This document shows, in pieces, positions 36,113 to 51,100 of a DNA stretch of 64,000 bases. The notes below the pieces were generated by a model. It was not told the DNA's origin. It saw only the letters and a program-made list of their open reading frames with translations, and ran no database searches. The stretch is taken from contig NMRA01000319.1 of NCBI GenBank assembly GCA_002633005.1, forward strand, positions 289,546 to 353,545. Reading direction: 5' to 3'. The translations under genes were made by a program, and so were the position numbers. Source of the DNA: Phoronis australis. Its lineage: Eukaryota > Animalia > Phoronida. Within the stretch, counting starts at the first letter, position 1. The number at the start of each line of letters is the position of its first letter.

Positions 36113-39100
36113 GTAAGTGGCTGTTTATTTTTTCATCAAGGATAGATTAATGGATTTTGCTCTTTCATCCTGTCCATTCCTGTTACAAAACTTCTTTTCG
36201 GACACCGTACTCTCTACTCAGACTCGGTAAAACTGCAGAACGTCTGGTGTTCTAAAAGTGAGCATTTCAATTTTCAAGCACTGAATTTTGAGTGCATTTT
36301 TCAGGGAATATTTTGTCACATGTGCTTTCAAGTTCCAACCCATTCTCTGTGCCTGACTGTGGGGTGCATACTGTGGAGATATAACATTTTCTTCTTTACA
36401 CGTACTAGTTAGTATACATGAAATACTTTGGTGTCTGTCTGGATTAATTGCTTTCCAGACTCGTAGTCCTTTAACACTGGCCTCTGATTTAAATTTTGAT
36501 CAAATTTGAGATCATTTACAACCAAGTTTGAAATCTGACATACTCTGATTTGAAACATGTCATCCATTCCTCATTTAATCACGTGTTTCTTCCACTTTGC
36601 AGCTCCAACACTCTGTTTGACCTGTGGAACAAGTATGAGCCCCGCCTGCCAACTCACTACTACCAGGAGAAACTGCTGGAGATGGGAGACTTCCTGGCTG
36701 ACATCAAGGTCAGTGTATTATAATTAAGGTCATGTTGGACTTGTATTTAGCCAAGTATCTACAAAATTATGGATCTTAAAGCCAATCTTCAATGGTAAAA
36801 CAGTTCCTGCAGTATGTTAAGAGCATCGCTTTTAGCCCACTAGTGCCATAAATTGCCAAATGTAACGAACTGTTAGGTGAATAAGCTTGCTTTTGTCTCC
36901 GTCACAGCGAGAATCACCTTTTAATTCAAACAGCTGCGAATAACACCCGCACGCAATGGTGTTCTATTAAGACCCCTATTCAACTGGATTTACATGTTTG
37001 GCAAGAGGTCAAATTCCTGTTCGTGGAGTTTGAGTCGAAATGAAGAAAAAAAGTATCTTTGGTTGAATTTTTTGGGGGCTAACTCTGCTTATTTGATGGT
37101 GAACTGAGAATGGTGCTACTGAACAGGTCTACATTAAGAACTATGAATTCACTGCTTGAGATTATAATAGGCACTTACCTCATCCACTGAAATTTCACGG
37201 CTGGCTTCTTTTGTTCGTGGATTAGGGAACAGATATAGTTGTCAGCGATAACTGCTATCTGTTCAAGGCAACATTCTTTCCTGACCATTTCAGACTTTGT
37301 GTACTATAAAAACTGAATCAGTCATTGAAAATTACGACAACGATGGATTTAAACTGTCTTGACAGATTTTGGCGTTTATTAAAACACCATCATCAGAAGA
37401 AAAAACAGTGGCCACCTTGCTAGGATCAACATGTGTGGTGTGCCATTTGCCTATTGAGACTGGGCTTGCACCAACTAATGTGTAGAGCCTCATGAATTTT
37501 CAGCTCCTGTGTTGTTTCTGCTTGGTCTATTTTAGCAAAGTCATTGAAAGAGCATCGCTTTAACAATGAAACAACAAAGGAGTTGAAAATTTGTGAGGCT
37601 CTACACATCAACTGGTGTAAGCCCAGTCTCAATAGGCAACTGGCACACCACATGTTGTCATTGTTAGTCTAATTTATTGTGTCTAGTTATTCCCCTGTAA
37701 CTGACCGTGTCTGTGTATCATTACTTGTTGTTGGGCCTAGCAAGGTGGCCACTGTTTTTGCTTCTGATCATGATGGTGTTTCAACAAACCCCGAAACATG
37801 TAAAACCAGTTTAAACTGTCGTTGTTTTTGTTAACATAATGCTGCTACTTGCTATCATGGAGATCACTGGAAATTAAAATGGTTCATTGTTTGAATGGCA
37901 AAAATTGATTAACTACAACAGAAAAAAAGAGTAATAATGCATATTACAACAGTTCCTTTATTAATATGTCCAAACCACTGTTTTTTAATTTACTTGAGTA
38001 ATACCATGGGGCTGCATTAATCTTGTATATCATCGTTTATTCAGAGTCATCTTAATACTCCAAAGAATGCAGTCAAATTTGAATAAGAGAACGTGTCATG
38101 ACATTCCTCCACTAGTATAAAGCTACGTACCAAACATTGTCCTATCACATTACAGGAGTACAACTTAGCTCTGTGGCAGTGCTATGAGAGATATCTCGAA
38201 CACTTTGGTGACGTCAACGTAGACGAGATCACGGACGTGGACACCTTCAAGGCGACGTACTTTCCTGATGGCTTTGATACATCGGATGCTGGTTTCACTG
38301 TATGTTACAGTCATCAAACACTAGAAGTCGGCTTGTTTGTTCCAGTTTCAAGCATTGCTGTTCGAATCTGTGACATATTTCAGGCATAAATTTGTTGTTT
38401 TTTAAGGTAATTCTGTATCACTATCTTAGCCTGCAACTTGAGATGCCAGATAAAAGATTGCAGAAACGTTTAATAATGGACTTGAGTGATTTCTGGATTT
38501 AAACTTGATTTAGAAACTAAACGGGAGGTTTTTGTGATGCGCCTTTCTCTTGCAGTTCCGTGCGTTGATGGGTAAGAGCATCTGTATGTACCAGGTGGTC
38601 AAGATGACCGATCCCAAATTGCAGAACCTGCAGACCCTGGCCAAGTGCATGCAGATTCTCTCATTCCTTCGTCTCGTCACTCAGGTCATCTTGCCAAAGG
38701 AGACCCTCTGCTGGCTGGTCTATAACGGTAGGTTAAGAGAATGTTATCTATGGTATGGGGCCAAGAGATTTTGAACTATGTGCATCTTACTGCGTGCTCT
38801 GAGGTGGATGTCATTGTTGGTGCCGTGACCCGGATTTTGTTTTCTCTCACTGTTATGTGATTGTTCATGTGCATGACCTACTGACCTATATGTGCTCATG
38901 GATGATGCTCAGGGTTCCCAGGTTTAGCCCGAACAGTTGACTAAAGACAGGACTCAGTACAAATGTATTAGCTCGATTTCAAACTACACATAAAAACAAT
39001 TCACGGCAGGTTGTGATGAATTTTGGCGATCCAATTTCTTTTTCCATAATTATTGCCACATGTTTATTTCTTATTATTGTCCACCTTGCATTGATATTTT

Positions 39101-42100
39101 GGAAAAATTTTAGTAATAGATTAGTCCCTATTGCAAACCTAATAAATCAATCCAGTATTATGTTGTATCAATGTTTGGACAACCTTAAAATTGGTGCTAA
39201 ATTAAGAATTTTCTGTTTCAGGAACCATTCATATCTACAGCGTTTCTCGGCATCTGATGTCAATGGGACATGCTGCGAAGGTTCGTAGTTAGTTCCTTTA
39301 GGTGGTTTGGTACAGCCTATGGTCTAATCTGCGACAAAATCTATTTGTTTACGAGACGTTCCAATCACCTTGCTACTTTTCCTTTTAAGCTTGTTTGTTT
39401 ATCTGTGTGACCTTCTTGATCAGTGTTTGAGGGCAATAGAGGATGTTAGACATATCTCTTAGATCATTTGTTGCTGAAATGATTGTTAGTTATTGCCAAC
39501 TATGTTCTACAGCGGGGAAAATTAAGGTGTATTCTATATTACATATAGTTACTGTTTATTGTGTTCAAAAGGAAGCATTCTAAATAGAACTCTTTAGCAT
39601 TGTGAGAGCACAAAAGTGTCTAGCTTTACTCAGTTTCCAATTGTGGTGATCAAGGCTGGATGCATTGACAGGGACAAAACATAATTAATTCCTCCCGTGA
39701 GCAAAGACTTTGAGAAATTAGACATTTTTGTGCAAATCTTTTGATTTACACTGCAGATTACAATTTAACGACATAATGGTCACAAAGAATTTATAAAAAA
39801 ATGCTCCGGGAAACATCCTGCTGTTTTAAAGCCATGATACAAGAATGCAAAACACTGTCCACCAACTAACCTATCGCCATCTAGTTACAAGACTTATCCC
39901 ATCATATCACCGCTATGTCAAATAAAGGCTATTTAATTGTAAAACTTTGTCCAGGTACTGGAGTACCTTCTGTGGGCGTGTATGTGCATGGAGTCATCAG
40001 TTCCTCTGATGGGCAAGCGCTACCTCACCTGGAGGGTCACTCTCTACACCGCGGTATGCCACGCTTACTTCGACTGCAAGTGTGGCAACCAGGCTGAGGT
40101 AAGTTTGTTGTGGTCCTCAACTCGTGTTTATAGTTGATTTTGGGACACATGATGAAAATCATGTGATTGATTAAATGACGGCATTATGAATCATTTAAAA
40201 GTCTTAATTTGATGTTTCGCATCAGATAAAGATTGAGATTTTCCGATGTCATATTGTACCATTCAAGTGAAATGTGTAACTATTATCATGATATATTGTT
40301 GATATTGTGATTAATTATAAAGTTGTGCTGAATTCATCAAAACTTATTGGTAAGTGTGATATAGGATTAATTTGACATGGGACTGTTGTCACTCCAAAGA
40401 AAGACTACAGGTGGCAGTGTGGTCTTGTGGGATAAGTGGCTGATTCCTTTACTGATAGTTGAGGGTTCGAGACCCACTGAGACACACTGCTATGTATAAA
40501 GCAAAAACTGGTTCCAGGTGATCAGTACAATGCGACCTGCGCACATTCGGTACAACGAGTACCAGACTACATGTAATGATTTTTTTAAATTAAAGCATTA
40601 GCATATGATTCGATCCTTTTTCTTATTCTTATCTTCTGTAGTCATTATTTATTTGTGGTGTTCTTTGAACAATCAGATGATTCTCTTAGTAATCACCACT
40701 GATAATGTTAATATCCTCACTACAGGCCTTTTCACGCCGTGCACTTCAAAAGATTAATGAGCTCAGTCAGTTGGAGAGTGAAAGTAATTCCAAAGAAGAC
40801 ACTGAGACCGAGGTCGTCTTCCGCCAGGCCACTGTGAAGGTTAGCCTCGACATTATTGCATCAAATTTGGCAATACTTATTTGAGCTCAAATAGTTATAC
40901 GAGTGATGAAAATAAGACTTTTCGATGTGCACTGTTCTTTAATGTTTTAATTTTGTAAATCTTAATCAATTAAGAAACCCAGGTGAATCAAAAGTGCAAC
41001 GTTATCGGACAAGAGTTTAATTAGCCTGTCTTTATTGATAGCTTTTAAATAAATGTTTTATTTTTCAAACTAAGCTGAAACATAAATAAAGGTCACGTGA
41101 TGTGGCCCACGTATGGCGTGTATGATGACTAATAGCTCTTATTTGTACGATATCAATGCACTGTTTTATATATAAGCTGAATTTAAACAGGTTTTAGTTT
41201 GGTTAACGATAATATGCTTAACATACTGCTCATGACTTCCACTAACAATCATTGAAAACTAGAAGTGTTAACTCCCCATATTTTAGAATTACTTGAATTT
41301 TTTCTTCTGATGCCAAACGAAAACAAAGCAAGTCTTTCTTCAGGGCTTGGAATTTTCCGCGGAAACGCGAATTTCCGCTTTTTTCAACTGTTCTGTCCAC
41401 GCATTTTATTATATTTCCGCGTAAAAAAATCGTATTTGATCTAAAATTTCCGCGGCAAATTCCTTTCTTACCGCAGCGTTGCAGACGACGTTCACCTCGA
41501 AAAGCGGAAGTTGGAGAGGAACGTAAATTGTCAACATTGCCGGGGCATCTGGGATAGCGTGGTGGGATTTTCAATGGTGTCTCGTGTTATTGTAAACCGC
41601 GGCGACAAATACTACGGCTCTGAGGCCAAAAATGTGTGGGTTGGGAGTGGACCGACGAGCTAAAAGGACGCAGACACAAGCTACTGTTGGTGGTAACATT
41701 TTTTTGGGTTTTTTTTTCTTATAGTCCTCCCGATTTTTGTCAGGGAAAGGTTCACAACGACCATTTCAAGGCTGGGTAGCGCGCATGATTTGGGCCGTAA
41801 AAGTTTCTGCGTTTTTTGTCATTGGTCATTCCAAGCCCTGTTTCTTGCATTGGAATACTTGCTCGTGCCTTCATTCTTTAACTATGATCTGGGGCTGTGC
41901 AAACGCAATGTCAGTTTTAACAATGAATGCACTTTCGAGTTACTGATATCCTCTACTAATTGATTATTTATTGGCTTCTCAGATGGCTGTGATGGTGTTT
42001 CACAGAAGTGTGTTTGAAACGCGGAAGAGACCAAAAGGTCTCCTCAGACCGAAGACTCGAGCCAATATGAAGGATTTTGTGGCTGTGAGTACATATACTA

Positions 42101-45100
42101 ATTTTGTCTTTGGCAATTTATTGTTGGAGTGTTATCTGTTGCGAAAAATGATTTAGAGGTTGCATTTCAGTTGCTTAGTACGTATTTTGGCAACTTGCAA
42201 AAGCTTTGAATTGGTGGCAGCTGTCTGTGAATTTGTTATATGCGATAATCATCAGCAAGTTGTCTGTAAAATACGATGAGTTTCCTTGAACACTAAAACT
42301 CTGCACACATTTAGTGTTTTGTTTGTTAACTTAGCTTTATGTATTGTTTGTTCTCTGAAGAGTTCTGTTATCTATTTTCACTCTGTCTTGAACTTGCATC
42401 CAAGTTTGCCATGAAGCAATGAAATGATTAAATTAAATGGGCAAAGATATGTAGAGAAAATGACTGTGTGAAAAGGTTGTCAAGCTTGTTACTTATGAGC
42501 TATGCAATTTCAGTTTCATTGTCATTATGTCGTATGTTTCTCATAAGTTTCTCATTGTTTTCAGCTTCCGTGGCCTAGAACACTCACCGAGAAACTGATG
42601 GTTGATATGTTCGAAGGCAGCGCAGCCCAGCTGCTCTGTATCATTGAGACGCTGACAGATAGCAACCGGCGCACTCTGTTGACATCACCGCCGGCTCCTG
42701 ACTCTGAGGTGGAACTGCTTGACGTGTATGCTGAACTGTTCATGGCAGCGCAAGAGATAATTGCTGGTGGGTTAGCAAGACCTTCTTTTGCTGATGTCGG
42801 CATTTTTAACTATCAAAGTGAACGCAAATTTAAATAGTTAGGCTGTGTAACTCATCAAATATATGTTCACTTATAGAAATGTCACTGTGATGTCAGAGGA
42901 ACTGATACGTTCTTTTGCTGAAGACGGCTCTTTTATATTTTAAGCTTTTTAAAGCAGAAATATTAGCTACAGAAGAGAGATTAAAGGTCTTTTCAAAATA
43001 TAAACTGTTAACGCTACTCTGTGTATCCCAGTTAATTACTGTTACTAATAAAGTGCGTCTTTGTTTATTCAAAGCAACACTGATATATAGTTTCCATGAA
43101 ATGATTTCAAGAGTTTGATTTCTGTAATGGAACAAGATTTTTTCCTTAAATTATATCCGAATTTTATGTTTTAGGGGGTGGAGGCTCCACAGCTCAGGCT
43201 CAGCCAAACAGTACCCGACTGCAGGTGGTGGGTGCAGGTTTGGCTCCCCAGACCCTGGGGCCGGTCGAACTGGGGAAATCACTCATGCTCATGGCCTCAT
43301 TGGCAGAGAATGGTGTCCCACTAACAGCCATTGTGAAGGTGGTGAAACTGGCCTACTGCTATGAGCAGTGGGAGGTGTTTGACAGCATGATTGACGTCGT
43401 TATGGCATATGTGAAGGTGTGTTGTGATTGGTCAAATCGATTCCTCCATCTGTATTTGAATTCAGTACACTTAGTTTAAGTTGTGGTGATGAGACTGCAC
43501 CTGATTTAAAAATTGAGATTCAACTTTAACTCAAATAATTTGTCTTATTATATCAAGTTTTATGACTTCACATTGACTAGTGCTATGTATTCAAAGCACT
43601 TAGTTTGATCGATCCGTCAAAATTGGTCATGATCACAGTAATCACGATTCAGCCCAAAAACGTGATACACTTTATTGAGTGTAAAATGCTTCATAAGTTT
43701 CAGAATTTTTGTATTTGTGTACTGGCAATGAATTGTGGGTAGTGCTATATTGATGTCAAGTGATTTTTTTAAAGTATCATTTTATGGTCTTTGGTGAAAT
43801 GACTGAGACAGGGTATAGTCCAATTTGCCCCACGTTGTTTGTCTAAAAATTTGGTACAAACTAGTTACTAAAATTGTCATTTTCTGTGTTGTCAATATCT
43901 GATTACATTGCCATAAATGCTGAAAATTAATATCAAGTGTTGCTTAGTGTCAGCTATAGTAAGCATGTCATGTTCAAAAGAGACGAAAATTTACCTATAA
44001 CTGTAAAAGTTATTCTTGTTGAGAAATTTGACACTGTAACATGCCATTTGTCTGCCTTAAAGTATCTTAAACTGATGAATTTTAATCGTTAACACATTCT
44101 GTTGAATCTTCTCAAGGAGCTCAGTGACCCCAGATATTTGGCTGATGAGAAGGCTCTTGAGATTCTGGTCGCCATGGACCGACTGAACCCAAACCGCAAG
44201 CACCGCCGCCAACCGACGGAGTTGCAGCAACTGGAGTCAGATGGACTCCCGCCGCCTCCCACGGCAAAGTCGAACCGCACGGCGACCACTGGGGACGATT
44301 TAGTGATCCTGGCTGATGTTCTTATGTCTGTTGTTAATGACCCAAACTTAACAGTAAGTGCAGTGTTTGTGGTGTTTCTCCCACTGGTCACAAGAGGTCT
44401 CTGTTGTTCCACTTTTCCTATTAACTGCTAGATGCCACTGGTCACTTTCGCTTCATGGACTATTAGTAAACTGCAGTCAGCTGGAATATGGAAGAAAACA
44501 TGCACATTCAATGCTGAAGCAAGCCCGTGAATGTCGTCTCTTCAACCTGGACTATTGAGTGCATAGACATTATGAATCATTTAGGACATCTAAATAGCAA
44601 TTAAAAAAGCAACTTACATTTATTTATTTGATAAGCAATTGAAACACTTATTATCATCATTATGTTAGTAAAAACATATTTTTCATTTTATTTAGCTACA
44701 ATTTGTTGATTATTTTGGGAAATTAACTTACAAAATCATTCAGCTCACTTGCAAGTACCGGAAATCCACCGTCTTTCTTGCAATGTTGCACATTCAAGAT
44801 TCTTGACTCAACAATCGTATGCATTACATTGATGATTTACTGAATTTCTCAGAACACAGTTTACTTAATTCGATCCCCTCAAGATCAGGTAAGAGCTATT
44901 ACCTATTGATGTTTGTCTATGATATTGAGATTTTTAGATCAGTTCATCTTATAATGCATTCAATGCTGATATTTTATTTCGTTCATTTGTTTTGTTATTA
45001 ACAGTATCCCAGTGGTCTTGTTGGTGTACTGAATATAAGCTGAATGTTGAATACAGTGTACATTTCAATTGCTTACTTTTCAGTCAGAAAGGGTGTACAG

Positions 45101-48100
45101 ATTCATTTGTTTGATTTTCTTGTTTTATTTTATCGTGCAAAAGCTGCAAACTTGAGTTCTTGACTCTGTTACAAATGTTGTGATTGCATAAATATGTAAC
45201 AGAAACCGTTTAGGAGGGCTAAACTTTAAATGTCAAACACTATAATTATTGGCATCCATCACTATTGAACAAGAATATGTGTGATTTAAAGAGGATTAGA
45301 TTGCTTTGTATTTTGATTATCCAATTGTCCTTGACCAAAACAGATGAATTTTGTATTTACCTGTAAAGTGTGTTGAACCAATGACATCATCAAGAAGCTG
45401 TTGTAATAACCACGTATCTCCAAGTCCTGTGTTAACAGTTGAACCACTGAATCTCCTCTCATGCATGTAATGAACTCGAAACTTGCACCTCAAGTTGGGT
45501 TTCCCCTTGGGACTGCACGCGTTGCAAAAACGCAAGACATTCCCGAGTAAAATTAATTTGATCACACAGTTCACTTACAATATGTGATGATGCTTCACGA
45601 AGACTTGGGGGTGATCTTGTTTTTCTCACAAGAAGTTTGCTCTTCACAACGCAGCACTGATGTTGCTTGTGCGTTGCCATTGAATCACAGAATTTCCCAT
45701 GATGCAATGCGTGACCTTGAACCCTTGGCGTGTGGAGACTGAACTTTATTTCTTCCTCCATTTTATCATGTAGCATCAAAATATGGACCTGGACATGGTG
45801 GTGGATGCCGTTCTGTTCCTCTGGACAAGGTGTAAGGCTGTGTTTCAGCGATACCAGACAGGCTCTGTGGACTCTGGGCGATACTTACAAAGAATGGAGA
45901 ACCCCGAGAAGGTGAAAATTACACGATACACGATTGTTTTGCCTATATGATTAAGAAAGGTCGCTTTTAGTTTTGCAAAACGTTTCGCCTTTTAAGGGTG
46001 TGAAGTATAAAATTTTTTGAAAAAATGTGATTTATATTGAAAGTTGCACCCATTTTTCCCATTCTGTTTCTGCGCAACTCCTCTTGCGTGCGTGCTCTGC
46101 ATTTTGTACTCATTGACAGGCATGACTGTCAGTTGTGGCTGAAAAGTATATATTTAATCTAACTTGCACTGCTTTAGTATGGGTGTTTTTTAACCCAGCA
46201 AGTTTCGAAGTTACCATTAGTCATTCGTGACTATGCTAATGCCACAAAGAATCCATTAGTGCTATTGCCCTCTAGTTGGTGAGCAGGGATACCTTTGATG
46301 CCTACAACCTAAATAAAGCTGTTCTCCGCTGTAAGAAAAGGTTAATATGTTATAATAATTTTCTTCTGTCAAAGATAACTTTGATTAGGCTGATGAAATG
46401 TGTTTCGAGTATTCTCTACTTTGTTTAGAAAGGATTTTTGGTGATCTTTTCAGCTTAGCATGGCTGCATACAATTATTGTGCGTTCTTCCTGAGCCCAAA
46501 CATCGCAATCTTAACTGAGTAATGAACAATTTGGGACCAAATTTTATGATGTCAGAAAGTGCGTTTATTGTGGTTTGATATAAAGTGTTCTATAAAGTCT
46601 CACCAATTTTAGACACAATATGGACGACTGTCGAACATTTTTCTCCTTTTTTCTCGTAAGGTTTGTGATGCTAAATTAATGCTTTACCATTTTCAAAAAT
46701 TTTGTACCATATTTACCATGACACTCACTACCATTCAATGCAAAGTAGAATAACTACCATGTCATGATTATTTGAAGGCAGCTGAAGTCATCATTCCAGT
46801 TTAACATTAGTATGCTCCTAACTATGCTAATGTATAGATGGAACTTAACGACAATGCTAGTTTAACATTATCTACAATAAACAAAGTGCAATTGTATTCA
46901 TTGACAACTTGTAAAATGTGAAAACTAAAAAATCTGCAAATAGGTGACCTTTGCTCTAATGACGTACCTTGGGAGCTCACATAGCCCGCATCATGCTGCG
47001 TTATTCCACAGCACCACGTCATGATACTTACTGGACACGGTTCAGTGATTTGCAGTGAATCATGTTCACCACAAAATCATTCTTTAAAACGTTTAGTAAT
47101 TTTCAACCTACTTCATATTTACATCGTCGCTCTATGTTGTGTTTCTAACAAATTTGGCCAAGCAATCACAGAGATAAGAAATTAGCCACTTTAACGCCAC
47201 TCGTGACTGCAAAGGACAAATATTAGAAGTCAAATACCAAACTTTAATCTTTACATTTTTCCAGTGGGTATACATCTTGGAGAATATTCACCTGGTATTA
47301 GGCTGGTGTGGTCTCAGTAGTGTTGACCCCGCACTCACCGCCGAGGTGGTGCTACGTCTCGCCATGGTGATGGAAACCAGTGCCTCCTTGGACAACAAGT
47401 CTGCAGGTAATGCTTCGTAAATCTACACCCGCGTGTGGAAATCACCTGTGTGTCATTTTGCTCTGTCATTCACGTAGATGATGTTGTGGGAAATCTTTTT
47501 TATTTTTGAATGAAGCTTGCTGAGCCTTGGAATAATAGCTTTCTTTTCATTAACATTTCAAAATACAGTACATTCCAAAAATAATTTGTTTCTTGATCAT
47601 GGCATGTTATTCCAGCTATATTCATAGTGAGTACTGCTCTCACTCAGTCATCGTGACTGGAATTCATTTACATTCAGCTGCCATCTTGGGAACTGTAGGT
47701 CATTTCCTCTCATTATTTTTGGCGTGTACTGTATCCATGCACCAGACAGTGTTCATGTTGGTTTGCAAGCACTCAAGAAGATTTATTACATGTGTCTGCC
47801 ATGGTCATGTCATAGATACAGTCAAGGTAACTGTACATTACACCGCACTACAAATTACACAAGTCATGAGATACAATCAACGTGAGCCATGGAGTTGGAC
47901 GCCTTATTCAAGCAACAGGCTGTGTGGTGTGAAGGGATTTGAACATGCAAGCTTTATATACAGGTATGGTAGGTGGAAATCTACCACTAGGTCACAATGC
48001 TTCTGTGAATATTTGATGAATTTTCATTGGTAGTTTTAGGTTGTGGTGTTGTCGGCTGCACTCTGGTGGTTTTTTATTTGTGTTTTGCGTTTTGTGTTTC

Positions 48101-51100
48101 TTGAGTTCTTAGTTTTAGTTCAGCACTGAGCACTTTTTACAGGCAAAAAGGGCAAAGGGCAAAGGTCACCGCAGGTAAACGTCGCTGCTAAAGGTGACTC
48201 AGATGAAGAGCTCATGTCCCCTGTGCCCCCGAGTAAAGGTAACTAGCCAATCAGGAGGAAGGGATGACTGCTGACGAGAAAATGAACACGATGAATTGCT
48301 TATATGATTCGTGCTTTTCTGAAATTTTGGTGGAATGTATGTTGATTTCAAAGTAATCCAAAAAGAGTATCCATACCTTGGATTTGCTCGTGGTAATTTT
48401 GTTTAGAGTGCAACGGAATTTCAGTAACAGATGGCACTCTTTAGATGGCACTATCTTTTATCTTATCATACTGGAAGTATTATAACAAATGATCTGTCAC
48501 TGGTGTAGTTCAACAGATAAATGCAGTTTAAAATCGTTACTGTACAGTATTGAAATTCTAACTTGCTGTGTGACTTAACCAAGGTGCACTCATGCAGCAG
48601 TACCATCAGGTTATTGTTGCTGTGTGGTAATGATACCACGGTGACTCCACTGTGTAGACATATCAGATCAGCAAAATTCCATTCACTTTAATTTGGTAAT
48701 ATTGCGGAGCATAGTGGGAGCGCTGAATAGGAAATGAGGGTACTTGATACTTCATCTGGGTCTGGAATTTTCTCTGATTACTTTTGACAGCTACTGTATG
48801 ACTGGGATGACAACTTTCTCTTTTTCATAAAGTACTGACTAAGCAATTACGGGAAATGATGGACAGGGCAATGTGTGAAAGTGATTTGCTTAGCAACAAC
48901 AATGCACGGTTATATGACATCAAGAGCATTAGAACTTTCAGTGTCAGATCCATTACAACTAGAACTAATGAAAATCTAGTATGTTTAAGACATTTTATTT
49001 TCTCTACTCATTTTTTCATTTTGATGCCGTTTGGTTTTTTAGATATGAAGCTGAAACAGTCGAGAAGTTTCCTCAGCCTTAGTGAAGCATCTGCGCCAAA
49101 TTCTGTTGCGCAGAATCTCTATCAACCATCTGTCCTGAACAAGTCCTCCCGCGAACAACTGCGTGCTGCAAAGGAAATTCTCGAGCTGGGACTTCAAAAT
49201 GTTTCCTTTGCCCGTCAAGCGGTGGCGCTCTCCGATGGCAAGAGCATCGCAGACGTCAGTTGGGTTAAGGTAGGTTCACATGAATAAAAGTCAGAAATCT
49301 TCACCAGGAATTCAGCTTGTCCACACGTACTAATGATTATGGCCAGATGATTCAGTAACTGTCATTCTGAAGATGGTTAAGCAAGCACACTCCATGGAGG
49401 TCATGACAAAAGTTATGAGATTAAGCATTGATTTGGTTTTGTGGTCTTCCCGGCTTTTATCTGGATTTTGCCTGCTAGGCCAACTGGTACAGTCAACCTG
49501 AAAGTGTAGTGAGGGTTGTCATGATTCTATTTCTAGGAACTTAATGTCGACCTGTTTGCTCCAATCAAAGCTTCCGAGCTGACAGCGCTAACAGACAGAG
49601 AGTCATCGGAGAAGAAGGCAGCCAATGACACAGTTATCTGGAGCACGACACGTGACCTTCACGTAGAGTTGATCAACATCTACCACAGAGTCAGCCTGAA
49701 GTTAGCTGCACTTGGACAAGGTAGGGCAGCTAGTGCGTATTTGCCCCAGTTTCATAGTTTAGAAATTGCTGAAGGTGATGACGATTTTTGGTTTTTCTGA
49801 CTGTGTTTTTATAGTCATTTGTTGTGTGGTCACATTTGGATGCCCAGTTTTCTCCCTGCAGTTTTGAAATATTGCAGTGATGTCATCTCACGATATAAGA
49901 TATTTTGGATTAGAATCAGGTTCTTTTTTAGTATCTTGTCTGAACAAAAGATCTGTTTTGCAATTCATGATTTTTGAGCCGAACTGACTATCTTATGTAC
50001 CGTAAACCATTTGTCAATGTTTGGTTTATGGACTCGTCTAATGTATAATTGTAACTAATCTGTAAATCAAAGCAGAACATATCAAATGGTCCCAGAGAGA
50101 CTGGCCTGGAATGTTGACCCAAATGTCGTTAATTTCTATTTAGCCACTCCTGGAAAACAACAAAAAGCTTCCAAACGCCGTAACCAATCCGCTGCCAGTG
50201 AAGACTCCGCTCAGACCAGCAAGGGTCAGTACACAGAGTCCTATGATGACCTTGTTAGTGCCTGCGACAAGAACCTCCTATCGAAGGCACTGCTACTTTC
50301 TCAGAAGGTCATCACCCTTGGCAACAACGGGAAGCCAACAAAGGAGCAGCAAGCCTTGATGCAGGTCAGCACTGAAAGATTTTAGACCAGGTTTTGATTG
50401 TTTACAGTAAAATTTTGCCAATTTTGGATGCATTAATAGCCAAAGTTGTTTCAAAGGCTTCTAACAGGTATTAGTATTTCATGAAACTTTGATTGTTGCT
50501 ATTAATAGTAAAGAAGTTTAAAATGAGAAAATGCATTTGTCCAGTGTTTCCTCCTTAATGAAAAAAAAATCAGTGACCGCCGTATTGCGCCCTAAATTGG
50601 TGAGATTTTACTACAGTCAGTCTTTGGGCAAATTTGATGTCAGTGAATTTATCCAGCAGATTCTAAATTAATGACAGAAAAAATCCCATGGGTGCATTTT
50701 CATAATATTGCTGTAAAATTTACGTTCACGATAAACTACGCCAGCAGTGTACTCTGGTAACGTTTGAACTAAATGACTTCTTAGGAGTGCGTCAAGCTGG
50801 TTCGGAAGGCTGAGACTGAAGAGAAGTTCCTCTACTCGGACAATATTGATGAGAGCAAGAGGGCGGTCAAATCCAAGGTTCCGCCTGCCCCAAGACTACT
50901 CTCGCGTACAGACACCACGATGGTGTTCAAACCGGCGGAGTTTACTCCACCAGCCAATAAGAAGGTACTAAGAACATCACTCGACTTTTTACATTTAAAG
51001 TTCATAACTCTATGTTCATGTGTTATTTTATTAGCAGAACTTTATTTAGCTAGCTCACCCAGATTGCACTTTATGTATTTGATTTGATGTTAAGTCTTTC

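Noticed and set aside
40413-40485. Functional tRNA gene
   Set aside because: A and B boxes are present, but convincing acceptor and anticodon stems cannot be formed; more consistent with a SINE head.
47593-48033. 146-aa intronic ORF in CFAP54
   Set aside because: Non-ATG start, no homology cues, no compatible splice sites; exons 13 and 14 join in phase without it.
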